In this document: positions 38,550-51,911 of the stretch, one piece after another | Numbering within the stretch: position 1 is the first letter of the stretch | Layout: each line of letters starts with the position of its first letter | Source of the DNA: Antedon mediterranea | Lineage: Eukaryota > Animalia > Echinodermata | Assembly (NCBI RefSeq): GCF_964355755.1 | Contig: NC_092670.1 | Coordinates: forward strand, 9,848,201-9,912,200 | Length of the DNA: 64,000 bases | Direction: 5' to 3' | The notes under the pieces: generated by a model | Seen by the model: only the letters and a program-made list of their open reading frames with translations | Told to the model about the DNA's origin: nothing | The model's database searches: none | Made by a program: the position numbers and the translations under genes

Positions 38550-39621
38550 TTAATTAAATTGAAGATGACTCTGACTTTGAACATCTTTAAGTCTAGACTT
38601 GACAACTATTTTCGGCTAGAAATGGAATCTAATAGGCACTAGCCTAAACTATTTCCATCAAACATTAAGTGTAAGTGTAAGTGTAAGTGACTCTCTAGAT
38701 ATTGAAAAGAATGCAATATTTTTGATAAATTGAAAATGTAATTTTTTATTATTGTAGTATATTGTAATTTATTAATAAAATACATTGATTTTGTAATGCT
38801 GAAATAAACCATATACAGTGACAGATCCAGGGATGTGTAGGTGCTTAAAAAAATTTTCAATATTCTGTTTTTATTTTTCAAAACACTCGTCTTGAATCCG
38901 CGTATGATGAACAGGGAATCGTGTATCGGTCAGGAAATCGTGGCTTCTTTCAATTATAAAAAAAAAATAAAAAAATACTGTGGTACGTTTGTACTGAGCA
39001 AACGAACGCTGTATTCTCACCAACAGTTTGTTTGTTTGTTTGTTTGTTTGTTTATTCCTCCATACAGGTACCAAGAAATGTTTTTATTCCTGTTTAATCT
39101 ATCGGAAATGATAATGTGCTTGTAAAACTTCCTTATTTCAATCATGGAGGAAATATACAGACTGGATATTTCCTTCATGTTTCAATATATCGGATTTTGT
39201 TAATTTCGCGTGTTTTAGTTTTTCTTTTTAATATCAAATTACTTCCTCATTGGTGCCAAACAAAAACAATAAATCGCATTTCATTCACTACAAACAAATA
39301 TTGAAGGATAAGTTCCATTATTTACTGGAATCCACTGGAATCTCTCTTTAATGAAATAATATGGGTGGGTGTTTCTTTTGTTGGAAATCATAGATTCTAG
39401 AAACAAACTGTATAATATGATTGAAGAGTATCCGAGTAAAAATGTGTATTTTATTCAATTATATTTAAATAAACACGGATGTACAGATTCAGACAACAAT
39501 TCAACCGTTTTTGGCTGAATATACAGTCACTCCTTAATTAAACTATAACATTGTTATTGATGATGATAGATTCGGTAACAGTACGTTACGTTATCATTGT
39601 TTATGTATGTGATTTCTTTAA

Positions 39622-39993
39622 AGGCCCATTTACACTAGGACGATAACGATCGACGATAAATAGACAAATATACATTTTTCATACATAAAACAAAAGAAAT
39701 ATAAAAACTTTTCATTCTAGAACTATAGAATAACCATCTATGCTTCCTTTAATGAAAATGATATTTTCACACGTCCAATCAAATGACGTCATGATTAGTA
39801 ATAATATCGTGACAAAACAACGATTTTATAGTTTTTATTTATCAATTTTACAAATATTATTTTTATCAAAGACAGAATAAATTATTTTCCTATAGTTCTA
39901 GAAGGAAAACCTTTCTTTTGTTTTATGTAATAAAAATGCATGCTTATATATTTATCGTCGATCTTTATCGTCCTAGTGTAAAGAGATGGGTCT
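39622..39993. mobile_element. Harbinger-like MITE
   Basis: IR TTTACACTAGGACGATAACGATCGACGATAAATA / TATTTATCGTCGATCTTTATCGTCCTAGTGTAAA with further internal inverted blocks. Confidence 0.7.
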
Positions 39994-40989
39994 TAAAGGT
40001 GGTATCTATATGACGTCTTCAGTGGCTCCTTTCTCTTCCGGTACGGAGGAGAGAGGAGCAAAGGAAAGGTTACAATGGGCGTCCTTAAAAAGCGACTTTG
40101 AATAATCCATGAAGAAGAGATCATGATCAAATTAAGCTCCGTCTACACTGTCAAACTAAGTTCAACAACAAAAGTGTGATGTGCCAAAACATGGTAGCGA
40201 TATATTTTTTTCACATAAAGTTAGATAGTGTAGACAGAGCTTTAGAAATTAATTTGTTCTTAAATCTGTCAATTCATAACATATTATACAATAATACTAA
40301 AAGATAGTGATAATGCAATATTTGAAATGTGTGCATAAATATCTATTTTTGACATAATTAAGTTTTGTCAACAAAATAATTTCCTTATCTGTAGGCTATT
40401 CTGATTCAAATTACTCGCATTGCCCTTACGTCGTTGCGTCCTATTTGGGAAATCAAGCTTGGGTTCTGTATTAAATTTGTAAACGCATCGGCGATATCAT
40501 CAACAATAATATTTTAAACATTTCCATTAGGTTGCTTGTTAAAAGATTCGGTTGACTTGGAATGCTTTCTCTTTTTTATTGAATAATATGGTTGGGCGGG
40601 AGTTTCTTTGTTTATAAACCCTTGTTGAGAGATCTGGCTATATTTAAGACGGGAATATACCAAATATGTATTTTTATATAAATTACAAATAGTCCTATGA
40701 AAACAAAACCAAACCTTTTCTATGGCTAGTGCATTGCTCTTTCTGTAAGTGTTTGTACGCCTACCTATCATCAGTGGTAAACTATTGTATTTTTTAACCA
40801 TTATAATTAGTTTATTTTTAAAAGATTCGCTTCAATAGGAATACATTTCGCTCTTTTTTATATTAAATAGTGTGTGTGGGTGGGTGGGAATTTCTTTGTC
40901 GTTGAATCATCGGTTTTGGGAGATCTGTTTATAGTATTATTCTTAGACGGGAAAGTCCCGACGCGTGTGTGTGTTTTTCCATCGAAACA

Positions 40990-41317
40990 ATGTAAAAATG
41001 ATACATAATATGACGTCAAAGAATATTTGCCAATTGCACAGACCAAAGACCAATTTGTACAGTGGCTGTGTGTGACAGTGGATGTGTTTGTGTGGACTAG
41101 TACACCGGGGTAACCCCCCTCTCGTCTCGAAAGATGTACTAGGTTCTTTAAAGTGCACATGAGCTATGTGTACACTGGACCTACGGTTTATAGTCCTTAT
41201 CCGAGAAGACTCGTTCTACCACCAGAACCATGGAGCGAGTGAGCTTCGAACCCTTGCCGATGTTATGGCTACGTAATTATGGTTCCACTGTCTTAACCGC
41301 TCGGCCACTCACTCGCT
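40990..41317 (-). mobile_element. tRNA-derived SINE with Meta-type core; fragment at ~55610-55685
   Basis: Minus strand: GTGGCCGAGCGGTTAAG (A box) ... GGTTCGAAGC (B box), then GTCTTCTCGGATAAGGACTATAAACCGTAGGTCC...GTGCACTTTAAAGAACC core. Confidence 0.75.
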
Positions 41318-41904
41318 AGAATCATATGAAAAAAAATCAATCAAAACAAAGGTTTAATTTAGGCTAATTAAGGATAAATTATTACTTTTGGCCTATTAAA
41401 TTTTGTTTTATTACCGTCAAATATCGTAATTATGTTAGTTTGTCCAGGATCCCTGGTTTGTCATTAGTTTTAAAAATCCTGTTTAGTCAACAGTCAACTA
41501 CTTCCACTGTACTCGGGGTTTTTTTTGTCTGTAGGCCTACGATGTTTTCTTTCTCTATATTATTATGATATTAGTTTTTATGGTATTCTAAAATAAAAAG
41601 ATGAATACATTATGAACACGAAAACTAAAGAAAAGACTAAAAGACTAGGCCTGTAGAATATATATACCAATCTTGCTCCATAGAACGCAACACATAAGAT
41701 GTACGTGCAATGTTATGTTATAATATTGTGCTTGGTCCAATTAGGCCTATCGTATTTTGACGAATAACGTGTACGTGTACTATACCTTTAACTGCGTTTC
41801 GTCGATCACCCTAAAAGTCTTTTTCATCGCAAAAATATGAACTCTGAGAATAGATAAAAGGCAGAGAAAACGAGGTCCTGCTGTTGGTTGAATGTTCATT
41901 TTAT

Positions 41905-41985
41905 TGGATTATTACGTCATTATGTTTTAACCAATCATAACGCTGTATCCAACATACCGGTAATTAACATTATTAGCCAATCAGA
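41905..41985 (+). promoter_or_regulatory. Candidate promoter of the TRIM-NHL gene (CRE-like site plus CCAAT boxes)
   Basis: ATTGG at ~41903, TTACGTCA at ~41912, CCAATCA at ~41931 and ~41977, about 200-270 bp upstream of the ATG exon. Confidence 0.35.
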
Positions 41986-42180
41986 TCTTGTAATCTAAGC
42001 CTAATAATAATTAGGAATAATATTATAATGATGAATATAACGTATGTTAGTTGCGCTGTGTGTCTCATTCAACGAAACTTGTCTAAATGATTCATTTGTC
42101 GTTTCCTACAGACAAAAGAGATTAGATTTGTTATTTTCATTAACGTCAACAGATTTCTTTTCTTTTCACAATTAGAAGAC

Positions 42181-45100
42181 ATGGACACAGCGCATAACAA
42201 AGTAAGTTGAAATATCGTTATTTATGATATCACTCTGCTCATTAGGTTTGTAGAGATTGATATAATATTCATCTGAATGGTCAATAAAGTCTATAGGCCT
42301 ATTGTAGTCTTTAATTTTATTCTTCATCAGAAAAAAAAATTAAATAATTATAATAGTATATCTGTTTTTAGTGATATTTAAATGAATTTTTATTATTTTT
42401 GAAATATTAGTTATATTCCCCCTCCCCCTTTTATTTGTGTCTTATCCTTAGTGAACGTTGACTTTGTACCAGGTCTGGCGATTTAGGTTAGTTACAAAAC
42501 ATCCAGGGCTATATAGATAGTCCATGATCTTTAGCAATCATTTGCCTCTGCACTTCTTTTCGTCAATTATCCGGTTAAAAATCAATGTTCCGCCATGCTT
42601 CTTTTATTACGATGTGGCTAATAAATTAAGTTCTTCCCAGAGGAGGCGTAGACCTACTATTATACGTATAAACATTTTACAATATTTCTTTATGCGGAAA
42701 AAATAATGAGTTTCCCATGCTCCAATGATTAAATAACCCTACTAAGCCTACTGCATAATGCTTAGATCCAGGGAGTATTTAACCAGGGAGTTGTAAGTCA
42801 TCTCCCTAATGAAACATTTAAACAATGGCCTGCGTGTAAGGCTTTATTTCTACAGGCCTAATGGTTTTAATATTACTATGTTGACAATTTGCCATTGTTA
42901 TTTCACGTATTTCCAAGCGTTTTCCAGAGCTGCATATTCATTGTTACTGGTATAGTAAATATCGATTAGGCCTAAATTTGTAAATATTTGTTGTCTCGTT
43001 ATTAATTACTACACGTATCATTTCTACGGTATGGCTTTTCAAGGCAATCCTTTCTCTCGTGTGCACGCGAACACTGTAAATAATTGTTATGTAACCGTTG
43101 ACAGGTTAAAACCGTTACATTTTATTACCCGTAATTCAATGTCCACTTTTTCAAAATAAAGCAACAACAATGCTATATGAATGCGTGTGTCTTTAAACGG
43201 AACCCGTAATATTTTAATGTTGATTTCACTTTCAATAGGCCTAAAGCATTCGGTCGAACGAACACCACTACCACTACCAACCCCACCCCACCACCCACAA
43301 ACAATTGCACCAATAGTTATTAGGCCTAAAGGCAAATGATTTTATTGAAAACGAAGCCTGACAGAGGTAAAATGTTAGGCAGCGAATGAAGATCAAATAC
43401 CTTATTGCTAATTCACAAACCAATTGTTAACAACTATAATAAAACGGTTTTGCATTTATTATATAAACATAATAATCGGTAGATATTATGATCGGGCTTT
43501 TGTCTTCAGACTGTAGGTGAGTATTATAACATATGGTGTGGCAAATTACATCTCAAGTGGGTATTGTATTGTATTGCTGTTTATACATGATGTTTTCTTT
43601 GTTGAAAACATAAGTAGATCAACCCACTGCATCAAGTGAAGTAATTGTTGAAGAAAAATGGTTAATCTCTTCATAATCCAATGCGATCCTCGTATATTAC
43701 ATTAATTTATATAATGACAGCCAATACTGACGAATTTTGATCTTCAATTCATTCTTTGGAGCCTACACACTTTCAGAAATAAAAGAGACTTCTTCTGGCT
43801 GCGTGTTTGGTTGAAACACCAGAAGAAAAAGAAAATTAAACGTAAAGTATTTTTCCAACATATTATAACACTAATTGATTGCTATATATACCGATAGTAT
43901 AATATTAAAAAAACAAGAAGATTTAAGAAAATATGATAATATAAATTATTGTTTTTTACGGATCTAAATAAAACCGGCATTAATTTATTTAAAGACAATT
44001 CACCTTTGGAACGATGGTACTCGAAACTGTGGTGCGGTCAGTCAAACAATATTTTGCAAGTAAAACTATACACGAGAAAGTTGAAATTGAGCAAAGAAAA
44101 AAAAAACATTAAAGCACAGGCATCAAATATTCGATTCGGTTTTATAGCATAACATTCAAATGAGCTATACAAACTCGGGGTTGTTTTATGTAAGTGCATG
44201 GTATAGTTAAACATGGTCACCTTGTATCTGCTTATAATCATAGTTTAATTCCATCACATGACTATGATGAGCAGCATTCAAATAGGTGAAGACGGTTAAC
44301 TTTGCCTTAGTGCGCGGCATTAACAAAACAGCATCCGATTCTGCAGCTGTCATAAAGATAGATTCTAACTGACTATCGCACGTCATCTGGGAATAATAGA
44401 TGATGACGTGCAACAGTCAGTTAGAATCTATCTCATGACAGCATACAGAATCGGTTGAAAATAGACAAAATGCACTAAACAAACCCGAATTTTAAAAATC
44501 GGTCGAGTCATCTGCACAATTCCTGACGTCTTCTTGAAAAGACGCGCTCATTCTCAGCGCACTGACAGCCAATAAACAAAATGCACCAAAATGAAACCGG
44601 ATTTTTCTTTCAATGAAAAGGTGTTCCGCCTATCCTGTGAAAGGATTAACGTTAATTAATGAAGTGTATTAATTGTAATATATCGACTAATGTGTTATAC
44701 CAGTCAATTGTTTCCCCTCAATATATTATTTGTATAGTTAAGTGTTCTTAGGGAACTTATGCACTGTGAAATCAGCCAACCGGAATACTCCGAAAATCGT
44801 TTAACCTAAATTTCTTTTTTTCATTTTTCAGGGATTTTATTTAAACGTCATAGGTCTGAGGCCCTTATATTTAACAAATGTAAAAACTGATTAATTTCTA
44901 TGCAACATGTTATGTTATTATATTAGTTTTTGTATACAATTGCTATTGTTCATTAATAGTTTACACTTAACTTTAAATGGAAATGTACAATAAAACTTAT
45001 ACGAAGATAATTATGACGATTTTAATTGTTTTATGTTGTTTTCTTTCAGGTGCTTGATGAGGTGCGTCATCTACTCAATTGTCCGGTCTGTTACCAGCAG

Positions 45101-46708
45101 TACGAGCATCCCAGAAGGCTCAGCTGTGAGCATGTTTTCTGTTCACCTTGTCTCAAGAAGCTCCTATACGAGGGCGTGATCAAATGCCCTGAATGTCGTC
45201 TGCAAACAACACTTTTACCGCCAACCATCAACAGTTTGCCATCTTGTATCATAATTCAACGATTTATTGAAGGGCTGTCGAAGAACAATAACATTTGCGA
45301 TAACGATAAATGTATGTCTAACACAAGCAATGGTAACTTAAATGGTGAACTTGTTGAGAATGTGGAAAGACCGAACGATCGTAAATTGGACAAACTTAAG
45401 AACTCGATACGCCTGAAGTATCAACCAACTATTGACCACTTAAAAGAGAAGAAGCGGAGCATTGAAGACAATCTGAATTCCGTTAGGAATTCAATTAATT
45501 ACTTCACACACGAACTCACCAAAGAAATTCAAACGAGACGTTCACAATTGATGGAAGAAGTAACTTGTTATGAAAGGCGATGGCTTAAGCCGCTGGAGTG
45601 TCAGATAGATGGGCTAGAAATGGAGGTACACGAACAAATTAGCTTCGCGTTGTTCCAAGAGGACGTCTTCAGCAAGACAGGAGAATTGATATCAGAAGTG
45701 GACACGAGATCACCTGTTGACCTTCCTGATGTCGGGGACGCATTTGAATGTGGAAGATTATCATTATCTGATACAGGAATGTTGCAACAACTACGTGAAC
45801 AGATTTCACTTTTAGGTACTATCAACGAAGATCGCAATCAGAATTATATGCCCTCAATATCATCCGCCCCAAGGGATGATTTTGCAAAAGAGATAACATC
45901 AGTTTTTAATAATCAATCAAACTTACCGTGCAATTTTGGACCTCAAGGGATGTGTGTAGAGAGGAATGGAGTTTTAATGGTAGTTGATAGTTGGAATAGA
46001 ATGTGTCACGAGGTGACACCGACGAACCTCATTAGATCGTTCTCTTTAACCGATGATGACGGTGATAGGTCGTCTGCCAACCTTTATGACGTCACTTCAA
46101 TTGATCACGGGAGAAAGCTGATTTTCTCGAACATTTCCAGTCCGATTCTGAAAACGTTTGATCACACATTTAATAAAACTACATCTATAGATTTACATAT
46201 ACCCAGTTCGTTTCAATTGCAGCCTAGTCCATTCGGCCTTGCGCGTGATCGGCGGGATTATATTTACGTCGCCGACAAACGAAATCGAGTTATTCAAGTT
46301 CGTGAGCAATCGGGAAAACTTGTTCGGCAATTTCCGTGCAATGGAATTCCAAGATACATTGACGTCTGGAATGATATTCTTGTTGTCAGTGACTCTGGCA
46401 ACAAGTGTTGCTACATCTACAGCGTTGACGGCAGACTATTATCCACCATCGATCAAAAGTCTGGGGTACATTTTGAAATGCCTATGGGGGTTGCTTTTCA
46501 CGAAAAAGGCTTCATATTCGCAGCAGACTATCTTAAGAAATGTGTATGCGCTTTCAGAATCTCTGGTCAACTCTGTTTTGAGGTTGACCTTAGTGGTTAT
46601 AAAATTAACCCGGAAGGAATAACCGTTCATAGAAATACAGTGTACATAAGTGACCGTCTAAACAGTACTGTTATAAAAATTAATCTGACGGAATTTCTCA
46701 CAATCTGA
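42181..46708 (+). CDS. RING / coiled-coil / NHL-repeat protein (TRIM2/3/32/71-like E3 ligase), 559 aa
   Basis: Micro first coding exon 42181-42201 (MDTAHNK/gtaagt) joins in phase 0 to 45050-46708 (ttctttcag/GTG). C3HC4 RING CPVC...CEHVFCSPC...CPEC; heptad region; NHL repeats (PQGMCV, PFGLA..IYVADKRN, PMGVA..IFAAD, PEGITV..VYISDRLN). Confidence 0.88.
44130..44605. repeat. Palindromic element (probable MITE) in the TRIM intron
   Basis: Core IR CCGATTCTG...CTGTCATAAAGATAGATTCTAACTGACT...GCACGTCATC / GATGACGTGC...AGTCAGTTAGAATCTATCTCATGACAG...CAGAATCGG at 44335-44453, with looser outer arms. Confidence 0.6.
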
Positions 46709-47404
46709 AGTCTGAACTGTCAAACTATAAAAATAATTGAGTTGTGTAATAAAATAGTAATTTCCTTCGTAAAACGGTTTGATTTTTTTTTTTTTCTTTT
46801 GCATTTTCTATCTAGTATATATTTTTCATTCACAATTATTGTATGAAAAACCAAGATGCTTGACGTTATTTTACACGAGTCATAGACCCCCTAAGTAAAT
46901 ATAATTTTTTCTTTAAATATTTGTGTAGGCCTATATTTGTCCAATGTGCTATGCGAATGACCAGAAGCACGTGGTACTTAATTGTCAATTGCCTGTATAC
47001 TCTATTTTTTTTGTTTTTTACAAGTAGGCATACGTAGGCTACACCACACAATTGTAGGCTTTTACTGTATTAAGACATTACAAATGTAGCCACATTGCAT
47101 GCCTTAACACACGTTTACCACATTATTTAACTCATAACATTTCATAAAAATCTGTGAACGTGAAAGTTATTGGTCAAATTTTATACATTACGGGCTTGTG
47201 GGTCACAAGATATTAGCCATGTTATTGATACCCAATACGTTATAATTTGATTTTACTAATTCTAAAAAAAAATGTATCTCTTATCTTAGATAGACTATCG
47301 GTATATCAACATTGTTATAATCTCATTATTTGAGTGATTTATAAAATATGTTTGAAACTTGAATAAAGACTATAGAGAAATATTTTATTTGAATAATATC
47401 AACA

Positions 47405-48125
47405 TTTTTAGTCGCGTGGAAGCGACTCTATAGTTCACTATGTCGGTCGGTCTGTCGGTCCGGTATCACTATGCGTTTTATCGCTTTCTGACCTTATCTT
47501 GATATCAGTTTTATCTAGCTAGGTCAATTTTTCACAGTATATTCCTTATGGCCAGGAATCAAAGTGGTTAGGCCTATGTTTTCACGGTGCGCAATAAAAA
47601 ATTACGCGGTCTACGCACGATTTAACGAAATCACGTTTGTAATCATATCTTCACAACCATGAATCACAATTAAACAAAATTTGGCACTCATAAATTTCAG
47701 GGCATAAATCATCATATGGCAATACAATTACGTGCGTAGCGCATGTAACGCATGCGTACGCGCGCTTAAAATTTTCAAAATTTATTTTCGATGAAATAAG
47801 AGTACGTTTCAGGCAATTTTAAGCGTTTACAAAATTGCCATGAGTGCGCATATTTTTGCGCGTTAAATGTTATTGCGCACTCTTTTTGCCCGATTTCTGT
47901 TTTCTTGACTTACTTTTCAACTCGAAATTACGTTATACGAGCACGTCAAAAGTGACAGGCTACGCACGTGTAAATTAAAAAAATATAAATGTTTTTAAAC
48001 ATTTCAACATTTTTAAACATGTTCTGTAATTTCGGTCAGTATAGTTCACTATGTCGGTCGGTCTGTCTGTCGGTCCGGTATCACTATGCATTGTAGCACG
48101 AGACTTAATGGCTGTCGGCCTTGTT
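47405..48125 (+). mobile_element. Helentron-associated non-autonomous element (HINE/DINE-like)
   Basis: 5' TTTTT-AGTCGCGTG...GCGACT, GTCG/GTCT microsatellite, internal direct repeat TATAGTTCACTATGTCGGTC (47428 and 48040), 3' CACGAGACT subTIR plus GGCTGTCGGCC hairpin and TTGTT end. Confidence 0.75.
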
Positions 48126-49970
48126 ATTATTTCAATTTGGTTGAATCGTTTGTCCAGAATTAAAATCATATTTTTAAGTTTGATTTTACGAATCACAATG
48201 ACTGTGTAATATAAGACAAGTAATCACGTGACCACTTGTTTGATTGAACTTTATTCTGTTGATAAGTCAAACTTAAATACACACAGTGCCCGCATGGCAT
48301 GTGATCCCCATTAATTTGCCATCCATTCATTGATGTTTTACTGTGTAGTTAGTTGAAGGTGAGTCATAGTAATATAGGTCTTGTATTAATTTCATTAGAA
48401 AGTTTGATTATAAAAATTGTTTTCGCATTTTAACTAAACTGTACAGTATAATTGATGATTTCTCCTGACAAGAACCTAAAAACTATTGGGCCTCTACGCA
48501 ATCATGTCTATTATGAGGGCATGCATATTGGTATTACTTTTAGGCCTACTATACCTATTCTGCCCTCCGCGGCCATGGCAGACTGTTGGGCATCAAATCA
48601 AAATGTTCCGTTGTCCACCAGAAATAATTAATGGAGTTAATGTACTCACGTACTTATAAAATCATTAGTTACAGATTAATGTCACGTGGCTATATGGGGG
48701 GGGGGGGGGGGGCGGGGTGTCAACATTTTTAAAGATATAGCTGTTTGTACATTGGTTAGCATTTAAAAATGCATAGTAATACTATAGGCCTTAGGCATAG
48801 GCCTGTAACCTACTTTCTCAACACATTTCTACAAACATAAAAATTAAATCAGATCAATATGAGAGATATAAAATCCTATCTCTCTGTGATTTACCACTAA
48901 CTTCAATAGGCCACGTCCATAGGCCCTACACCACGTCGTTGAATGGGCCTAATAATAAGTATACTTGCGTAACATTAGAAATATAATTAATTATCTCCAA
49001 TTAAAGAACATAATATATATCAATATCCATGACTTTCATCCAGGATGTGATTGAGCTAATGTAATTCATTCATTCATTCATTCATTCATTCATTCATTCA
49101 TTCATTCATTCATGGAGGTATAATTATACCTCCATAATTCATTCATCTTTTATTTCGGAAAAAAAAATTCTCCATAGCTCAGTAACAAATTAGTGTACAT
49201 TATTGTAAATATAACAAATATATATATTTATATATATATAGATAATTAAAAAAAACTGAACTATATAGGCTTACCGAATTGAGGAACGAGTCATCATTTT
49301 TTTGTTTACATCAAAGTATAGGCCTACGCTATGTGCGATTCAATCTTACTTCTTTATGGCCCGCCTATGAATAGGCCGCCTACATATTATTTTATCAAGT
49401 ATAATTTGATATTTGTGTAAAACTGAAATTTGTATGGGCCAACTTAAAGATATGTTGTCACCTTGAAAAAATAATTGACTGGAAGTTTATTTATTTATTA
49501 CCGTTTATTTTTCTCTTTTTATAAAGTGATCAGACACTATTTTCTTTGTTTTTTTTCTACGGAACTGTAACTTTATTAAAACTACAAAATAACCTGCTCA
49601 AAGTCCGATTTAATTAATCTTCAATTTTCATGTTTTTTGGAGGGTACATTGCCATTACACTAACTTGTTTAAATTGGTTTGGTTGAATGCGGTGGATAAT
49701 TTTTGTATAGGGATAGCGTGAAAATAATAATCTAAAGTTGAATTACAAAACCATTAAAAAACAGTTACAATTCAAGTTTTAAAAACAAATCCGAACATAT
49801 GGAAAATCATAGATCGATAATATTGATGGAATGTTTACGGTATTATTATTTGTTTTTGGCTGCACATTTTTTTTAACCTCACATGAAAATGGTATCTCCC
49901 GTGGGTATGAATAAACATAAACATGTGTGAAATCCGGGAGGTGATGTGGTGGCCGCGGAGAGAGGATACT

Positions 49971-50427
49971 ATCAAAGATTATATAGCGCCGCTACGCGGC
50001 GCAAGATAGGTAACTATTGCCAAGCTCCTATCTTATAACACTACGCGCCCAGTAAATCCATGGACGCCATTCGGGCGGACAGCAGGTTATTATTGTGATT
50101 TAAATGTAAATGGTTTAAAGTTTGCGGTCCGCCTCTGTGGTTAACCATCTTTATGATTGATTCTTGGAAAAGGGAAGAAATTATGTAAACAAAGTAAAAT
50201 AAAAGTTTCTTTGGGATCTGGACACTTTCCGATTAATTCTGTGTGTTTACATTGATATGTTTGGTTAGACAACTTCGTTCTTTAACCAAAACATCGTGGA
50301 TATTGCCTTGACAACGACTTTATTCCGGTTCAAACTTGTCCGCCGGAATGGCGTCCATGGATTACAAAGGTCTCACCGGCCCAGTTACCTATCTTGCGCC
50401 GCGTAGCGGCGCTATACAATCTTTGAT
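49971..50427. mobile_element. MITE with 3-bp TSD (PIF/Harbinger/ISL2EU-like) in the putative cytochrome b561 promoter/first exon
   Basis: ~45-bp near-perfect TIR ATCAAAGATTATATAGCGCCGCTACGCGGCGCAAGATAGGTAACT; second IR block ATCCATGGACGCCATTC; TSD ACT/ACT. Confidence 0.82.
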
Positions 50428-51911
50428 ACTATTACTATACTAGAGGCCGCCGGATGTTATTGATCGTTTGGATGGGATGGGAAGAAGGAAGTGTGGATGG
50501 AATAATTTAACTAGCCTAGGCCTATTACATACCAGTTAGTTATTACATTTTACTTAGTTTTAATGTGCAAATTTGTAGTTACATTAGTAGGCCTTAGTAG
50601 TAGAGTGGGCTCCACTTTCTTGAAGCAGCTGGTGCTATCTAGTCTCCTAGGCTAATACTAATAGTAATACAATATTATAAGCTAGGCTAGGCCTAGGCCT
50701 GCTAGCTAGAGGCTGTGGGTGATACCATGATGTTGGAGAGTCTGACCTGACTCAGCCTGATGAGATGCTGCTGTGTTTTTACTTGTTGTGCCTATAGGTC
50801 TTGGCCTAGTAGTGGGTAGCTAGCCTCTTTTTAATAATCTAGTCTAGGTAGGTAGGCTGGGCCTAGCGTACGTAGAAATAATGCTAATAATAAAGAAGGC
50901 GCTTGAACGCGTGCTTATAATATTATGGTTTATTGCAGTAATTAATAGCATGCGCAACTTAACACATGATGATGGTAAGGAAATGGGGGAACGCACGTTT
51001 GTTTACAGGATTTGTTGTTTACTTTTCCTCCAATTCTTTCCCACCATGCATTGTATAATCCTTTGCGATGTCAAGCTAATTTATCAAACAGTTTAAATTA
51101 TCATATTTATTTGAATAAACGCCCTTAAAATTATGAAATTTCTGAACTTAACCTGTCCAAGGTTAAGCAACAACACCACTCCCGATTCTTTGTGCCTATT
51201 CTTGAGAGTACAGTATGATTCATTTCGCATTACTAAACGGTTACTAAACAAGACCTATCCAAACTTGAAAAGGTTTAGCGATGTTTTTAGAAACTCTCTT
51301 TATCTGTACAATACAAATTCACTCACTGGTGGAAGAGAAAAGATTAGAGAACAACAAGTACACCAGTCAGGGATACAGAACTTCTCCAGATACTTTCTCT
51401 TTGTCCTACGGTGCCAAGACAAAAAATAGACGTTTGAGAACCATGTTGGAAATCAATTCTTTGATGGCAAAACTGAGTGGTCTCAAATTAAGCCTTAAAT
51501 GGGAGAAACTGTGTCTGCACCTAGTGTCCTAACCTACCGATTGGGTTAACCAGCTCAACTACAGTCATTTAGGTGACATTTAGTCACTAGGTTGATCCAA
51601 GTTTTTTGTTATGTAAATATTGAAAAAGACCAAGAAAATAATTATTATTATTATTCTTATTATTTTATTTTATTTATAGCGCTTTTCCAAATTAGTGTAA
51701 AATGATCAAAGCGCTTTACATCAGCACACCCAACAATGAGTTACTTCTTAGGAAATACATGTGTTTTGAGGGCTTTTTTAAATTTTAAAACCGTGGTTTG
51801 TTCCCGGATCACAGACGGAAGCTCATTCCACATCACCGGTCCAAATTTGATAATGAAATTAAACTAGTTTTCTTTGTGTCTTTGTTACAGGTCTAACAGT
51901 ACATCATTAAG

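Noticed and set aside
41240-41317. tRNA gene (also heads near 2930, 8215, 14490, 24780 and 35605)
   Set aside because: A/B boxes run into SINE bodies or are too degenerate; no complete cloverleaf is evident.
45601-46630. Nested ORFs within the TRIM-NHL exon
   Set aside because: Alternate-frame shadows of the long coding exon with no independent support.
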